64,000 bases of DNA. Origin: Candidatus Poribacteria bacterium. GTDB taxonomy: Bacteria; Poribacteria; WGA-4E; PCPOR2b. Shown piece by piece: positions 10,074 to 19,152 of the stretch. The stretch is from NCBI GenBank assembly GCA_965218095.1, contig OZ244587.1, forward strand, positions 1,632,001-1,696,000. Reading direction: 5' to 3'. Position 1 is the stretch's first letter; the number at the start of each line of letters is the position of its first letter. Position numbers and translations under genes: made by a program. The notes under the pieces were generated by a model. It worked only from the letters and a program-made list of their open reading frames with translations, did not search any database and was not told where the DNA came from.

Positions 10074-12053
10074 TTACGCGATTTTCTCCCGGACGACATG
10101 AGCGCCTTCGTTAATCGCATCAAAGAAATTCCGGACATTAACACAGTCTCCCACCTCGTAAACCTCACACCGCAGGTCAGCAGCTTCAATATCCCGCTTG
10201 AGTTCCTTTCGTGGCGTATAACCACGACTGATTATCAAACTATCAATGTGGTGAGACTCCTCCACCCCGTTGTTCGTAACAAGAACGACGCCCTTTTCGT
10301 TAACCCGCTTCAGTTCATGACTGCCCAGCACTTTGGCGCCGGCATCCCGAACCCCTTTGATGAGCATCGCCAAGTTGGTGCCGTGTTCCTTTAAATTGAT
10401 GACATCGGCTTCGCTTCGGCGGGAAACCAGAACGACATCCCGTCCGTGCTGTGCGGCAAACCACGCCACTTCATATCCGACGAGTCCCGCTCCTAGCACC
10501 ATAACCCGTTTGCCGATGTTCATCTCGTCCCAACGCACTATTGCATCAATTGCGGTGACAGCATTGTCTCTGCCAATCCCGGGAACATCAGGAATAATTG
10601 CCTCGCTGCCCGTCGCAAGGATAACCACATCCGGGTTATCATCTTTTAATATATCCAGCGTAACGGTCGTGCCGGTCCGAACCTCCAGACCAACCTTCTG
10701 AATTTCCGCTATATAATAACGGAGAAGGCGTTTAATATCCCACTTGAAATCGGGAATCGACGCTGAAATCATCTCCCCACCAATCATATCGTGTTTTTCG
10801 TACACCACCACATCATGCCCCATCTCTTTGGCGCGCAAGCCGGCCTCAAGACCGCCCGGCCCCGCTCCGACGACAACCACTTGCCTGGGCGAATCCGTTT
10901 TCTTGAATTCAATCAGTTTCTCTCTGCCCACGATGGGATTCGTCGTGCACTGCACGCCGCCCCGATCCATGACCACAAACGTGTGGCAAAAATTGCACCG
11001 AATACAGGGAATGATATTCTCTCCCGCATGCGCTTTCTTTGCCCAATGCGGATCAGCAATCAGCGTGCGGCCGAGGGCAACCATATCGGCACACCCTTGT
11101 GAGATGATTTCTTCTGCATGCACCGGATCGGTAATGCCACCCGTGGCGATAACAGGCACTTGAGCGCCATCCCGTTTGATCTCTTCCGCCAGATCGACCA
11201 GTGTATTGGGTTTGATATAAAGCGGCGGCACAGATGGATGGGTACATTCTACAAATCCCTTGACCTGCATAATCGTTGAAGAAGTGGTCGCCACATGCAG
11301 GTAGGCGACGCCGAGATTCTCCATGTACTTCGCGATCTGTAGATGGAGGTCATCTGTCACGTTTTCGTCGTACCGGTCATTCACGCCGCCGTGGAGATGC
11401 TCATGCGCACTGAACTTAAAACCGACCGGAAAATCTTCACCACAGACACCCTTGATCCCTGTAACAATCTCAGTACCAAAACGCATACGACGTTCAAAAT
11501 CGCCGCCGTAGGCATCATCCCGCCTGTTTGTGTGGGGAGACATAAACTGTCCGCCGAGATAAGAATGCGCACAGTGATACTCCACCCCGTCGAAGCCGGC
11601 CTTCTTCGCCCGTACTGCCCCCTTTATGAATGCTTCGATAACCTTTTTAATATCATCAACGGTCATTTCGCGGGGAATTTCGGTATAGAGTTCGCTTTCG
11701 ATAGCCGACGGCGCGAACGGCGCAACATAAGATTTCCCGCCCAGTACGGCGATTTGCATGAATATTTTGGATCCGGCAGTCTTCACCGCTTCTGCCAGGC
11801 GCGCGATCCCTGGAATAAATTTATCATCCCAAACCGATGTGGTAATCACACGCTGTTCGGGCCACACCGAAGTAAATTCAGTGATAATCAGGGCTGTTTC
11901 GCCTTTTGCCCGTTCAACGAGAAAATCGATATAACGGTCTGTAACTTGCCCTTCCGGTCCATGCAGCCCCACATCGAGAGGCGCTAAAACGACACGATTC
12001 TTTAATTCCACTGAATCAATCTTTATGGGAGAAAAAAGATGGGGAAACAACAT
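10074..12053 (-). CDS. NADH:flavin oxidoreductase (Old Yellow Enzyme-like FMN domain plus FAD/NAD domain; FadH/BaiCD type)
   Basis: LKNRVVLAP, GFDGVEYHCAHSYL, NRRDDAYGG, CIRCNFC Fe-S motif, GAGPGG. Confidence 0.93.
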   Translation of the reverse strand: MLFPHLFSPIKIDSVELKNRVVLAPLDVGLHGPEGQVTDRYIDFLVERAKGETALIITEFTSVWPEQRVITTSVWDDKFIPGIARLAEAVKTAGSKIFMQIAVLGGKSYVAPFAPSAIESELYTEIPREMTVDDIKKVIEAFIKGAVRAKKAGFDGVEYHCAHSYLGGQFMSPHTNRRDDAYGGDFERRMRFGTEIVTGIKGVCGEDFPVGFKFSAHEHLHGGVNDRYDENVTDDLHLQIAKYMENLGVAYLHVATTSSTIMQVKGFVECTHPSVPPLYIKPNTLVDLAEEIKRDGAQVPVIATGGITDPVHAEEIISQGCADMVALGRTLIADPHWAKKAHAGENIIPCIRCNFCHTFVVMDRGGVQCTTNPIVGREKLIEFKKTDSPRQVVVVGAGPGGLEAGLRAKEMGHDVVVYEKHDMIGGEMISASIPDFKWDIKRLLRYYIAEIQKVGLEVRTGTTVTLDILKDDNPDVVILATGSEAIIPDVPGIGRDNAVTAIDAIVRWDEMNIGKRVMVLGAGLVGYEVAWFAAQHGRDVVLVSRRSEADVINLKEHGTNLAMLIKGVRDAGAKVLGSHELKRVNEKGVVLVTNNGVEESHHIDSLIISRGYTPRKELKRDIEAADLRCEVYEVGDCVNVRNFFDAINEGAHVVREKIA

Positions 12054-12105
12054 AGGGTGTCTCCTGTAGTATAAAATTAGTTACTCAGAATCCGGTCATG
12101 AACGG

Positions 12106-12912
12106 TTAAGTTTGAGGCACCTCAAGATAGCCCAGTTCCCGCATCCGATCTATCCAGTGTTGGCGTTTGGGACTTTTTTCAGGATTTGCAAGCCAATGCG
12201 GGTGGTATTCCGGTCCGGGCACGTCAAAAGTATTCTGTGCCAGCCTCGCTCGGAGTTGGACATTTTCGACCGCCGCTTTTTGGGTCGCCTTCTCCTCCTC
12301 AGGGGTCTGGGGATTCTTGTCGAAAATAATCGAAACCATCTGGCGGTCCGTCGAACCACCCCAACTGGCATGCCAGAGGTGAAAGTCGAAGGCGACCACA
12401 TCGCCTGGCTCCGTCTCGCAGATATAGGCGGGAACATCACAAATGCCGCCCCCAGATTTGCTTAGATTTTGGTGCACTTCATCGTGAAAGGACCGCTTAT
12501 GCGACCCCGGAATGAACCGCAGTGCGCCGTTGTTCGCACCAAGGGGTTGCAGGTAACAGGCAAATTTGAGACCGTGTATATGGAAGTCAGATGCATCAGG
12601 ATGCCAGCGAGTCTCATTAACATAACTACCGGCATTGCAAGAAAGTCCAATGGCATTTTCCCCGTAAAGTTGCTCTGCCACCCCGCGGATGCGCAAGTTT
12701 TCCGGCAACCGAGCTAAGAAGGGGGTCTCCGGTCCCAGATTGGGCCAACTCATATATGTGCGGCGGTCGTCAGGTAAAGTATAGCGTTTCGTAGACGCAA
12801 ATCTCAGTTTAAACTCAGCATTGATGGTTTTCAGTTCCTCCGGACTGAACACTTGCTGGAGAATCAGAAATCCGAAGATTTTAAAGTGGCTGACTTGCTG
12901 TTCTGTGAGCAT
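12106..12912 (-). CDS. PhyH family dioxygenase
   Basis: MLTEQQVSHFKIFGFL, WHPD, GALRFIPGSH, PGDVVAFDFHLWH. Confidence 0.9.
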   Translation of the reverse strand: MLTEQQVSHFKIFGFLILQQVFSPEELKTINAEFKLRFASTKRYTLPDDRRTYMSWPNLGPETPFLARLPENLRIRGVAEQLYGENAIGLSCNAGSYVNETRWHPDASDFHIHGLKFACYLQPLGANNGALRFIPGSHKRSFHDEVHQNLSKSGGGICDVPAYICETEPGDVVAFDFHLWHASWGGSTDRQMVSIIFDKNPQTPEEEKATQKAAVENVQLRARLAQNTFDVPGPEYHPHWLANPEKSPKRQHWIDRMRELGYLEVPQT

Positions 12913-13138
12913 TATGTTCCTCCCTGCTGCATCATAGCCTAAACTTTGGCTGTCTCGGCAGATGGTCTCGTTGTAAGCGTAGCTCCGAAGGAGTCCGGAG
13001 TCCTTCGGACTTGCTCCCCTTCAACGGCGGATCGACCCGCACCCCATTTCGCAGACCTCATCCCCCACGGATTCGGTTTAAAGACTCACCGGAATCCGTG
13101 AACACTTCTCGGAAATTCAGATAAAAACCGATGAAGTC

Positions 13139-13987
13139 TCAAGGCATAACCGCCTCTTCTCCGAGGTGCTTCTTGATCCAGAGCTTCAGCGGCACGTCTC
13201 CATCGGTCGGGGACGTATAGCCGTGCCCACCGGTGCTGGCACCCAGCAACTGCTGTCGAATCGGGTCACAGTGGTCCATAATGTGGTCTACGGTCATGTT
13301 GTCTCTCGGCCGCAACCACCGGTAGCTGTATCCGTAGAAAAGCACCTTGCGCGTAATGTCCGAGTAATTTGGACTCCGGGAGTGCCAGAGTCGCCGATCG
13401 AAAATAACCGCCGTGCCGGGCGGCACACAAACGGGGGTTGCCGCTTCCGGATCCAAAACGTCATCGGGGGGAAACTCCAGCTTGCTCTGCAGATGGGTTC
13501 CGGGAATGACGTAGAAATTTCCCCTGCCCGGCTCAGTCGTATCGGAAAGAAAGTAGGCGACTTTGACGGAGATTCGCGGTCGGGGATCGGTTTCCAACTC
13601 GGTGTTCAAACGCCCGCTGTCCTGATGCCAACTTAGCCGCTGCTCCTCCTGCTCTGCGTCGGGCGCCGGCGGGGGTGTGACATCTATGTGGGTGAGGTAG
13701 AGTTGGATGTTCCATCCGAGTATCCCACACACTTTGGGGAATGTCCTGGGCCAATCGAGCAGTTCCAGAAAGATTTCATCCTTTCCCACCAAGTCCAACT
13801 GGTGCAGCCAATCGTGGGCAGCCATCTTCTCCTCTGCCCGGGTTTGGGCGTCAATCTGGTCCACTACCGCCTCAAGGTCAGAGACCATCTGTGGCGGTAG
13901 GGCATCAGGGACGATTAAGAAACCGTTCTGCTCGAATTCTTCGCGTTCGTTTTCCATCAGGCAATAATTCAAACACGCCGTGTCCAT
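13139..13987 (-). CDS. PhyH family dioxygenase (paralog of 46429-47322)
   Basis: WHQDSGR, GNFYVIPGTH, FDRRLWHSRSPN. Confidence 0.92.
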   Translation of the reverse strand: MDTACLNYCLMENEREEFEQNGFLIVPDALPPQMVSDLEAVVDQIDAQTRAEEKMAAHDWLHQLDLVGKDEIFLELLDWPRTFPKVCGILGWNIQLYLTHIDVTPPPAPDAEQEEQRLSWHQDSGRLNTELETDPRPRISVKVAYFLSDTTEPGRGNFYVIPGTHLQSKLEFPPDDVLDPEAATPVCVPPGTAVIFDRRLWHSRSPNYSDITRKVLFYGYSYRWLRPRDNMTVDHIMDHCDPIRQQLLGASTGGHGYTSPTDGDVPLKLWIKKHLGEEAVMP

Positions 13988-14099
13988 ACATGCCTCCTGG
14001 TATATTAATTCTTTTTAGAATTCAGCTTTTCCAAACGTTGACCTCGACAAGAGAGCGGATAATCTACCAATCCTGAAGCGCACCCATGCGACACATTAT

Positions 14100-14152
14100 G
14101 AACCGGTTGAAACTTTTCACGCTAGTAAAGCGTGAAAAGTTTCAACCGGTTC
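14100..14152. repeat. 24-bp perfect-stem hairpin
   Basis: GAACCGGTTGAAACTTTTCACGCT-AGTAA-AGCGTGAAAAGTTTCAACCGGTTC. Confidence 0.85.
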
Positions 14153-14557
14153 CCTGTCAGTTTTTCGCAAGAAAACTTGTCAGAGCGCGATTTAAGACAT
14201 TTTGACCAGGCTCTATTTTTGCGCGCCTGACAAGAGTATAGGCTTCTGCATTATATCACAAGAAAGAGTAATTTGCTAGTACATAGCGGTAGAAGTTCGT
14301 AACCAGGTGACGATTCCCCGTAGAGTGGATCCGATTCTCGGACGAGCACGGCAGAGCCTGTTCTGATTTATCAGGGAAGAAAGGGAAGGAAGGGAAGAAT
14401 GGAGGGAAACGTCTTCTGTTCCTTCCCTTCCCGACTTGACACCGAGTCATGATAAAACCTCAGTTTATGGCCTATGTGAGTATATGCCGATGTGCACTTG
14501 AGTGTGACAAAAGCCCCCAAACGTCAAATTCGGGTTGAACAGAAACCGTGAAAGGAA

Positions 14558-14586
14558 TTGACTTTTTTGCGAACTTCTGCTATAAT
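14558..14586 (+). promoter_or_regulatory. Near-consensus sigma70 promoter
   Basis: TTGACT-N17-TATAAT. Confidence 0.75.
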
Positions 14587-14632
14587 GTCGATTGCAAATC
14601 ACCCCTGACGTTCGATGGAAGGAATGAATATT

Positions 14633-14791
14633 ATGATGCTTACCTTAGTTAACCAAAATGGCCTCGTTGCCATTCCCACTAAGCCCCTTAGAGAACTTAA
14701 TATCAAAGATGGGGATTATCTGAAAATCGAGCTGAGAGATAGAGGTATCTTTCTTTGTCCACCTTCCCCAGAGGACTCTAAAAGAGTTTAA
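14633..14791 (+). CDS. Small AbrB/MazE/SpoVT-family DNA-binding protein (below ORF-track cutoff)
   Basis: Hand translation MMLTLVNQNGLVAIPTKPLRELNIKDGDYLKIELRDRGIFLCPPSPEDSKRV matches the GxxxIP...LxIxxGD pattern; GGAAGGA RBS. Confidence 0.65.
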   Translation: MMLTLVNQNGLVAIPTKPLRELNIKDGDYLKIELRDRGIFLCPPSPEDSKRV

Positions 14792-14885
14792 CCCCGAACA
14801 GAGTCGTGAAACATTGCGTCGCCTCATGGACGAGATGGGAAAGACCGCTTAGTATGCCCGTTAAGGGAGTCTGAGATTCACAAAC

Positions 14886-15713
14886 ATGGAAGATCTTATG
14901 AACCGGAAACGACTGGATGGACAAATCGCCTGGATCAGCGGTGGCGCTTCGGGTATGGGTCAAGCCACCGCCGAGCTCTTCGCGGAGGAGGGGGCAAAGG
15001 TCGCTGTGGTAGACATACAGGCCGAGCGCGGTCAGAAGGTTGTCGAGGCAATCGCCGGTCATGGCGGTCAGGCCATTTTCCTCGAATACGACGTTGCCCA
15101 GGAGGATGCGGTGCGCCAATCCATCGAGAAGACGGTTGAGGACTTTGGCGGCTTGCAGATTATCGTGAATTGTGCTGGCGTTGTCCATGTTGCACCTCTG
15201 CATGAATACTCCGATCAGGAGTGGGACCACCTGATGGACGTTAACGTCAAATCCATCTTCTTCTCTATCAAACATGGACTTTCCCACCTGCGCAAGAACC
15301 CACGCAGTTACATGGTGAACATCGGTTCGGTCGGCAGCTTCATCGGACAAGCCCAAACTCCGGCCTACATCACTTCCAAGCACGCCGTGCTCGGGTTAAG
15401 CCGATCTATCGCACTGGACTACGCCGCTGACGGGCTGCGTTGCAACTGTGTTTGCCCAGGTATCACCGACACCCCAATGTTGCGCTTCCACCTGAACACG
15501 ACGCCCGACCCCCAGACCACGCTGGCTAACCGCCTCCGCCGTGTGCCGATAGGCGTCGCCATCACACCGATGGACATTGCCAGAGCGGTACGCTACCTCT
15601 CCTGTGAAGACTCCGCCGGCGTTACCGGCACGTCGTTGGTGGTTGATGGCGGCTATATCACACCCGCTGAGTGGGAAACCTCGGGGCAAACGAAATTCAT
15701 GGAGCCGCTATGA
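14886..15713 (+). CDS. SDR family oxidoreductase
   Basis: SGGASGMG, NCAG, YITSK, VVDGG. Confidence 0.93.
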   Translation: MEDLMNRKRLDGQIAWISGGASGMGQATAELFAEEGAKVAVVDIQAERGQKVVEAIAGHGGQAIFLEYDVAQEDAVRQSIEKTVEDFGGLQIIVNCAGVVHVAPLHEYSDQEWDHLMDVNVKSIFFSIKHGLSHLRKNPRSYMVNIGSVGSFIGQAQTPAYITSKHAVLGLSRSIALDYAADGLRCNCVCPGITDTPMLRFHLNTTPDPQTTLANRLRRVPIGVAITPMDIARAVRYLSCEDSAGVTGTSLVVDGGYITPAEWETSGQTKFMEPL

Positions 15714-16570
15714 CACTCAAACTTGCTTGTGCTGACTTTACCTTCCCGTTATTGCCTCATGATCAAGTCTTTCAACTGATTGCCATGCTGGAGTTCACAG
15801 GTGTGGATATCGGTCTGTTCGAGGAACGCTCCCACCTCTGGCCGTCCCGCGAGTTCGACAACCTAAGCCAATCCGCGCGACGACTGAAAAAGAAGCTGGC
15901 CGACCAGGGGTTGGAGGCGGCCGATGTTTTTCTTCAAATGGGGTTGGACTTCAGGCCCTATGCCATCAACCACCCCGAAGCGTCGCGACGGGAGAAGGCT
16001 CGCACCTGGTTCCTCAAGACGCTCGACTACGCTGCCGAGTGCGAGTGCAAGCATGTGACAGGCTTGCCCGGCGCGCACTTCGAGACGGAGTCGTACGATG
16101 ACTCCTATGCCCGCGCGGTTGACGAACTGAACTGGCGCGTTGACCAAGCCAAGGGGTACGGCATCATCTTCGGCGTTGAGGCCCACATTGGCTCCATCGT
16201 TCCCCGACCGGAACCCGCCGAGAAACTGGTGCAGCATGTCCCTGGCCTGACGCTGACCTTAGACTACGCACACTTCACGCGAATCGGCCTACCGGATAAG
16301 GTCGTGGAGCCGTTGGTTAAATACGCAACTCACTTCCACGTTCGCGGTGCTCGTCAGGGACGATTGCAAGAAACCTTTGCCCGCAACACAATCGATTTCA
16401 AACGGATTTTCGAGTTCGCGCATGCCGGCGGATACGGTGGCTGGTTCGGGATTGAGTATGTCTGGACCGAATGGGAGAACTGCAACGAGTGCGACAATCT
16501 GTCTGAGACGATTCTCTTCCGGAACTTTGCCCGATCGCTGGCTGACTGTACACAAGCAGGCGCTTTATAA
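15710..16570 (+). CDS. Sugar phosphate isomerase/epimerase (xylose isomerase-like TIM barrel)
   Basis: VEAHIG, LTLDYAH, HFHVR, GIEY; ATGA overlap with SDR stop. Confidence 0.88.
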   Translation: MTLKLACADFTFPLLPHDQVFQLIAMLEFTGVDIGLFEERSHLWPSREFDNLSQSARRLKKKLADQGLEAADVFLQMGLDFRPYAINHPEASRREKARTWFLKTLDYAAECECKHVTGLPGAHFETESYDDSYARAVDELNWRVDQAKGYGIIFGVEAHIGSIVPRPEPAEKLVQHVPGLTLTLDYAHFTRIGLPDKVVEPLVKYATHFHVRGARQGRLQETFARNTIDFKRIFEFAHAGGYGGWFGIEYVWTEWENCNECDNLSETILFRNFARSLADCTQAGAL

Positions 16571-16596
16571 AAATTACCAAGGAACTGGGGGGATGA

Positions 16597-17766
16597 ACGA
16601 TAACCAATTTTGACTACTTCTACGGAGGCCATGTGGAAATGGAGAACATGGGTTTCCAGGGCATCCGTGTTGATGATAGGACGGAGGCGGACGAGCACCT
16701 GGCCTCTGTGTTCGACGAAGCTCGGGCGATCGCTCAGTTAATGGACCAGTTGAACTTTGACACCCTCTGGCTTGCGGAGCACCACTTTCAGCGCGAGGGA
16801 TACGGCGGCATCCCGAATATACCCATGCTCAGTGTCTATCTCGCACAGATTACCGAGAGACTCAAGTTCGGTGGCTTTTTTAATACCGTTCCCACATGGC
16901 ACCCGCTTCGGTTGGCTGAAGATTTCGCCGTAGCAGACGTCCTTACGCAAGGCCGTGTCAGGTTCGGCATTGGCCGGGGTTACATCGCGCGAGAGGTAGA
17001 GACGCTGGGGTCGCCGCTTGATGATGACGCGGCAAACCGGGGGTTATTCGAGGAGCAGGTCGAGATCATTTTCAAGGCTTGGAACGAGCAATCTTTCTCC
17101 CATCGCGGGGTGCACTACGACCTCCCGGCCAGGGTTCTAAACCGGGGGCGGGAACTGAAGGAGATCACGCTTGTGCCCCGTCCCTTCAAGCGGCCCGTGG
17201 AGTGCTGGCAGCCCATCTTCAGCGCCAGTCCGCGAGGCATTGACTTCATGGTCAAGCACGGTATCAAAGGTGTCGTCCCCGGAGGCACCCGCGTTGATGA
17301 GATTGCTGCAAAGTGGAGAGAAGCGCAGTTGCGTTCCGGGCGTGACACTGAACTCGGAGAGGACTTGGCTCTCGTCCTACAAATACATATCGCCGACACC
17401 CAGGAGAAAGCCATTCAGGAGGCGTCTATCTGGTTTGAGGAGCAACTCAAAGTGCTAGCACCATTGGGAAGGATGCCCACGCTTACCGAGGAGCAGATTC
17501 AAGCGACTTTCAACCCGGAAAAGGCACCGCTGGCCGGGCTTCCGACCGTTCACGATTTGGTTCGTGGCGGTGGATGGATATGCGGACCGCCGGCGCACGT
17601 TTTTGAAAAGATTTCAGAAATCCAAGAAAGATTACCCGGACTGGAGCGCGTGACTATAGGAGCCGGTGCTCTAGCGATCCCTCCCAGCGTCATCCGGCAG
17701 GATATCGAGTGGTTCGGCAAAGAGGTATTGCCGAAGTTTCAGGGTGCATCGGCCGCTACGTCTTGA
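16597..17766 (+). CDS. LLM-class flavin-dependent oxidoreductase; apparent start codon is ACG (or downstream GTG at 16633)
   Basis: FDTLWLAEHHFQREGY, WHPLRLAEDFA, GIGRGY; frame open from ACG-ATA-ACC-AAT-TTT-GAC after a G-rich RBS. Confidence 0.85.
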   Translation, partial: TITNFDYFYGGHVEMENMGFQGIRVDDRTEADEHLASVFDEARAIAQLMDQLNFDTLWLAEHHFQREGYGGIPNIPMLSVYLAQITERLKFGGFFNTVPTWHPLRLAEDFAVADVLTQGRVRFGIGRGYIAREVETLGSPLDDDAANRGLFEEQVEIIFKAWNEQSFSHRGVHYDLPARVLNRGRELKEITLVPRPFKRPVECWQPIFSASPRGIDFMVKHGIKGVVPGGTRVDEIAAKWREAQLRSGRDTELGEDLALVLQIHIADTQEKAIQEASIWFEEQLKVLAPLGRMPTLTEEQIQATFNPEKAPLAGLPTVHDLVRGGGWICGPPAHVFEKISEIQERLPGLERVTIGAGALAIPPSVIRQDIEWFGKEVLPKFQGASAATS

Positions 17767-17796
17767 ACCGCAACCATTACGAACAAAAGGATCTAC

Positions 17797-18606
17797 ATGA
17801 TAAATCGATACAAAACTAATCATACAAAAGCTGCGCTTCTCAGGGGTGAAACCGTCACGGTCCCAGAAATTAATCGGGTATCTAACTCTATCGTTGTTGA
17901 AGTGCTTGCTCAAACCGGATACACCTGCGTGTGGATAGACATGGAGCATAGCCACCTTGATTTGGATGGTCTATCCAATATGATTTTGGCTGCGCGAACG
18001 GTTGACCTCGATGTCATTGTTCGTATTCCCCATGGGCCCTACAACCAGGTTATCAAAACACTAGAACTGGGAGCCAGCGGTCTGATTTGGCCACACTGCA
18101 AAAGCGCAGATGAGGCACGTCAGTTTGTCCGCATGGCAAAGTTTCGACCGCTCGGCTTGCGTGGTATGGGTGGGGGTAGAGATTCTCAATTCGGCAAGCT
18201 CGCGCGTAAAGAGTATTTGGACCAAGCCAACGAACACACTTTGCTCGGCGTGATGATCGAAGATGAAGAAGGGGTAGACGATGTCGAAGCCATCGCCGCA
18301 GTTGAAGGAATTGACCTGTTGTTTGTTGGCCCCGGAGACCTCTCGCACAGCTATGGCGTGGAACGCGATGCGGGTCACCCGATTACTCAGAAGATAGTTC
18401 TTGAGGCTTTCGACAAAGTGGGTGAGGCCTGTCGCGCTCACGGGGTAGCAATGGGCACAGCGGTCGATCCAGGCGAGCCAATGCGCGCTGTCGTCAAGAA
18501 AGGAACTCGCTGGCTTAACTGTTGTCACGATGTCACTGCCCTTATCAACGGTTATAGCCATGCCCTGCAAACTACCAAGGACATCATAAGGGAATCAAAA
18601 AAATAG
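17797..18606 (+). CDS. HpcH/HpaI aldolase family protein
   Basis: WIDMEH, PLGLRG, VMIED, FVGPGDLS. Confidence 0.92.
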   Translation: MINRYKTNHTKAALLRGETVTVPEINRVSNSIVVEVLAQTGYTCVWIDMEHSHLDLDGLSNMILAARTVDLDVIVRIPHGPYNQVIKTLELGASGLIWPHCKSADEARQFVRMAKFRPLGLRGMGGGRDSQFGKLARKEYLDQANEHTLLGVMIEDEEGVDDVEAIAAVEGIDLLFVGPGDLSHSYGVERDAGHPITQKIVLEAFDKVGEACRAHGVAMGTAVDPGEPMRAVVKKGTRWLNCCHDVTALINGYSHALQTTKDIIRESKK

Positions 18607-18629
18607 ATAATTCTGAGAGGAGAACAAAA

Positions 18630-18950
18630 ATGTACTCAATCGGTTTGGCCATGAAGCTGCGGCCGGGTTGTTACGAGGAATACAAAGAGGCTCATGACAA
18701 CCTCTGGCCCGAACTCGGAAAAGGCATGGAAGACAACAACGTGAGTATGGCAATCTACCGCTTCGGAGCTCATCTCGTCTTGCACGCGGTTGCGCCTTCC
18801 GAGCAGGACTGGCTCCAGAGCCGAGAGGACCCTGAGCTGGAACGGTGGTCTGACTACATGGCGACATTCCTCGAAACCAACGACGAGGGCAATATTATTT
18901 TCGAAGAGTTGCCAGAGGCATTCGCATTCGGCATATTCAAATCAGAATAG
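18630..18950 (+). CDS. rhaM: L-rhamnose mutarotase family protein
   Basis: MKLRPGCYEEYKEAHDNLWPE...RWSDYMA family pattern; RBS GAGGAG. Confidence 0.75.
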   Translation: MYSIGLAMKLRPGCYEEYKEAHDNLWPELGKGMEDNNVSMAIYRFGAHLVLHAVAPSEQDWLQSREDPELERWSDYMATFLETNDEGNIIFEELPEAFAFGIFKSE

Positions 18951-19152
18951 GTGGAAATTGGTAAATCTCGTCTGCGCTAAAGGCCACTCGTGTTCGGTTC
19001 TCCACCAATCAATGCCCATCACCAAAATTTTGATAGGCGGTTCATGGCGGATTAGATGTGGTTATTCAAACAAGGTAACTGTTCACCACTAGCCGTAGCG
19101 AGCGCTGATTGAGTAGCTACCCCCTGAACGGTTACCCTTAGCGATTGACTTG

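Noticed and set aside
14371-14435. Purine tract followed by complementary pyrimidine tract
   Set aside because: Low complexity; cannot be assigned to any RNA family from sequence alone
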